IMG/VR virus record: IMGVR_UViG_3300036855_000043
Span: 1-35,324 of that record
From: a virus
Taxonomy: Duplodnaviria > Caudoviricetes
DNA length: 35,324 nt
Direction: 5' to 3' (one strand)
Under the pieces are notes generated by a model that did not search any database, was not told the DNA's origin, and worked only from the letters and a program-made list of their open reading frames with translations. Position numbers and translations under genes: made by a program. Below are positions 33,640 through 35,324 of this stretch, piece by piece (position 1 is the first letter of the stretch; each line of letters starts with the position of its first letter).

Positions 33640-34602
33640 ATGGTTGGACTGATTCAGGATCGGCTCGAGAAGCTGCCCAAGATCGTCCTGCGCTCGGGCG
33701 CAGGCCCAGCGCCGAACGGCAAGGTCGACGGCTGCGTCATGCAGGTTGTGGCCTGGGTCGCCGGCGAGCCGTGGAGCGACCACCCGGCGTGCGCCAGCCC
33801 GCTGCTGACGAGCTTCTGCATCCGGCTCAACGACCGCTGGTCGGACGAGGACCGGCAGCTGCTCAAGCCGTTCATCCCGCGCCTGGTCGGGACCAACCTG
33901 GGCAAGGCCGTCGACAAGGAGCGCGCCTACCTCATGGCCGACTGGGCGGTGCGCTCCTACGCCCCGCGCTGGCTGCGCAAGGCAGGCATGGACGACGAGG
34001 CAGCAAAGCTCGAGGCGCTCGCGCCGCTGACCGACGCGGCGAGCTCGCGCAAGGCGCGCACGATCACCCAGGCGACGCGCGAGGTCGCGTGGGCCAGGCG
34101 AGAGGCAGTCCGCGAGCTGATCCGGGCCAAGGTCCGGGCTGAGCTCGAGGCGCAGGGAATCGCTGTCGCTGACGCTGCCGCTGACGCTGCCGCTGCCGCT
34201 GCCGCTGCCGCTGTCGCTGCCGCTGCCGCTGTCGCTGTCGCTGCCGCTGACGCTGCCGCTGCCGCTGCCGCTGCCGCTGTCGCTGCCGCTGCCGCTGTCG
34301 CTGTCGCTGTCGCTGTCGCTGCCGCTGCCGCTGTCGCTGTCGCTGCCGCTGCCGCTGCCGCTGTCGCTGCCGCTGCCGCTGTCGCTGTCGCTGCCGCTGT
34401 CGCTGTCGCTGCCGCTGTCGCTGTCGCTCGGTCGAAGGGCGACTACTGGGCGCAGTACAACGCCGCCTATAAGGCCGCGAAGCCTCAATTCGAGAAGCTG
34501 TATGCCGAGGTTGCGCACGAAGTGCGCGACGAGGTCTTACAGCTGCTCGACCGCCTGATCGAGGTCGGCAAGCCGGACGCACCAGCCGCAGTCGCGGCAT
34601 GA
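33640..34602 (+). CDS. Conserved hypothetical protein with an Ala/Val/Asp repeat tract
   Basis: GCVMQVVAWVAGEPWSDHPACASP..IRLND motif; strong purine-rich RBS; ATGA overlap with the next gene. Confidence 0.85.
   Translation: MVGLIQDRLEKLPKIVLRSGAGPAPNGKVDGCVMQVVAWVAGEPWSDHPACASPLLTSFCIRLNDRWSDEDRQLLKPFIPRLVGTNLGKAVDKERAYLMADWAVRSYAPRWLRKAGMDDEAAKLEALAPLTDAASSRKARTITQATREVAWARREAVRELIRAKVRAELEAQGIAVADAAADAAAAAAAAAVAAAAAVAVAAADAAAAAAAAAVAAAAAVAVAVAVAAAAAVAVAAAAAAAVAAAAAVAVAAAVAVAAAVAVARSKGDYWAQYNAAYKAAKPQFEKLYAEVAHEVRDEVLQLLDRLIEVGKPDAPAAVAA
34162..34428 (+). repeat. Coding hexanucleotide array (GCTGNC)x44
   Basis: Units GCTGCC, GCTGTC, GCTGAC encode Ala-Ala, Ala-Val, Ala-Asp. Confidence 0.95.
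34461..34586 (+). repeat. 126-bp exact direct repeat, copy 2
   Basis: Identical to 1-126. Confidence 0.97.
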
Positions 34603-35324
34603 CCGACGCCGTCGCCGTCCCGATTCGCCAGAACACGGCCGAGTGGGAAGAGGCTCGCCTCGATGGGATCGGCTCGTCTGACGCGCCTGTCATCGCCGGC
34701 GAGCGCGGCTCTGTGGTCGCCCTTTGGGCGGCCAAGACACGCCAGGCGCCGGCCGAGGAGATCGACGCCGACACGCGGGCCATGTTCGACCTCGGCCACC
34801 GCCTCGAGCCGGTCGTGGCCGACGTCTACACGGAGCGTGTCGGCCGGCCAGTGCGCCGCGTCAATCGCATGCTGCGCCGGCGCGAGGATCCGTGGGCGTT
34901 CGCCTCGCTCGATCGCGTGAGCGCCGTCAAGGGCGAGCGGCGCATCGTCGAGCTCAAGACCGCGCCGTGGAGCACGTGGGGTGTCGGCGAGCCCGTTCCG
35001 GGCGACGTCCAGGCACAGGTCCAGCACCAGCTGTGGGTGACCGGCTACGACGTCGCCGACGTCGTCGTGCTGCACCGCGGCTACGACCTGCAGATCCACG
35101 AGGTCGGCCGCGACGACGGCTTCATCGACGACCTGGTCTACCTCGAGCGCGAGTTCTGGCAGTGGGTCCAGACGCGCTCGCGGCCGCCCGTCGACGGCTC
35201 GGAGCTGACGCGCAAGGCGCTGCAGCGCATGTTCCCCGACGAGTACGGCGAGGTGCTGCCCGCGACGCCCGAGTTCGACGAGCTCGCGGAGCGGCTCTAC
35301 ATCGAGACGGCGCTCTTCAACTCG
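34599..35324 (+). CDS. YqaJ-like viral recombinase/exonuclease (3' truncated); not in the ORF track
   Basis: My translation: QNTAEWEEARLDGIGSSDAPVIAG...LWAAK...GHRLEP...ASLDR...ELKT...QVQHQLWVTG; runs off the window end. Confidence 0.9.
   Translation, partial: MTDAVAVPIRQNTAEWEEARLDGIGSSDAPVIAGERGSVVALWAAKTRQAPAEEIDADTRAMFDLGHRLEPVVADVYTERVGRPVRRVNRMLRRREDPWAFASLDRVSAVKGERRIVELKTAPWSTWGVGEPVPGDVQAQVQHQLWVTGYDVADVVVLHRGYDLQIHEVGRDDGFIDDLVYLEREFWQWVQTRSRPPVDGSELTRKALQRMFPDEYGEVLPATPEFDELAERLYIETALFNS

Larger units (their letters stand above)
1..34460 (+). mobile_element. Temperate siphovirus genome (HK97-like head), apparently complete and in excised/circular configuration
   Basis: Full set of modules (switch, replication, int/xis/attP, terminase, portal, protease, capsid, tail); 126-bp exact repeat at 1 and 34461; attP intact with arm-like repeats on both sides; no host housekeeping genes seen. 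Confidence 0.92.

Noticed and set aside
34162-34428. Diversity-generating retroelement variable region
   Set aside because: No reverse transcriptase or template/variable repeat pair in the window; the pattern fits slippage of a tandem array.
33277-34518. Minus-strand ORF with Ser-Asp/Ser-Gly repeats resembling an SD-repeat adhesin (and the QR-repeat ORF 34064..34783)
   Set aside because: Shadow frames of the GCTGNC array; no signal peptide or anchor, and the plus-strand gene has an RBS, conserved motifs and coupling.

Overview
The window is an essentially complete, high-GC temperate siphovirus genome of about 34.46 kb (HK97-type head, short tape measure). Bases 1-126 recur exactly at 34461-34586, after which the sequence forks into a different gene (YqaJ-type nuclease), so the window looks like a circular genome plus a 0.74 kb variant branch. 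Gene order on + is early/replication genes (XRE HTH, SSB-like, frameshifted HD hydrolase, Prim-Pol/AAA helicase, PD-(D/E)XK nuclease, RuvC-like), xis, tyrosine integrase, HNH, an intact attP built on the 5' half of a tRNA-His, a LuxR-type HTH, a lysis-position cassette, packaging, head and tail genes, then a terminator, a minus-strand secreted protein, the cI/cro switch and more early genes. Two things stand out. (1) I recognise no peptidoglycan hydrolase; instead two similar HExxH zincin domains sit in the lysis cassette and at the N-terminus of the large tail protein, suggesting protease-based entry and exit through a protein envelope. (2) A 74-codon ORF spans attP exactly and overlaps the upstream HNH stop and the downstream LuxR-HTH start, suggesting late-gene control gated by excision. 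All product calls come from motifs and synteny read by eye; no database searches were run and the host is unknown.
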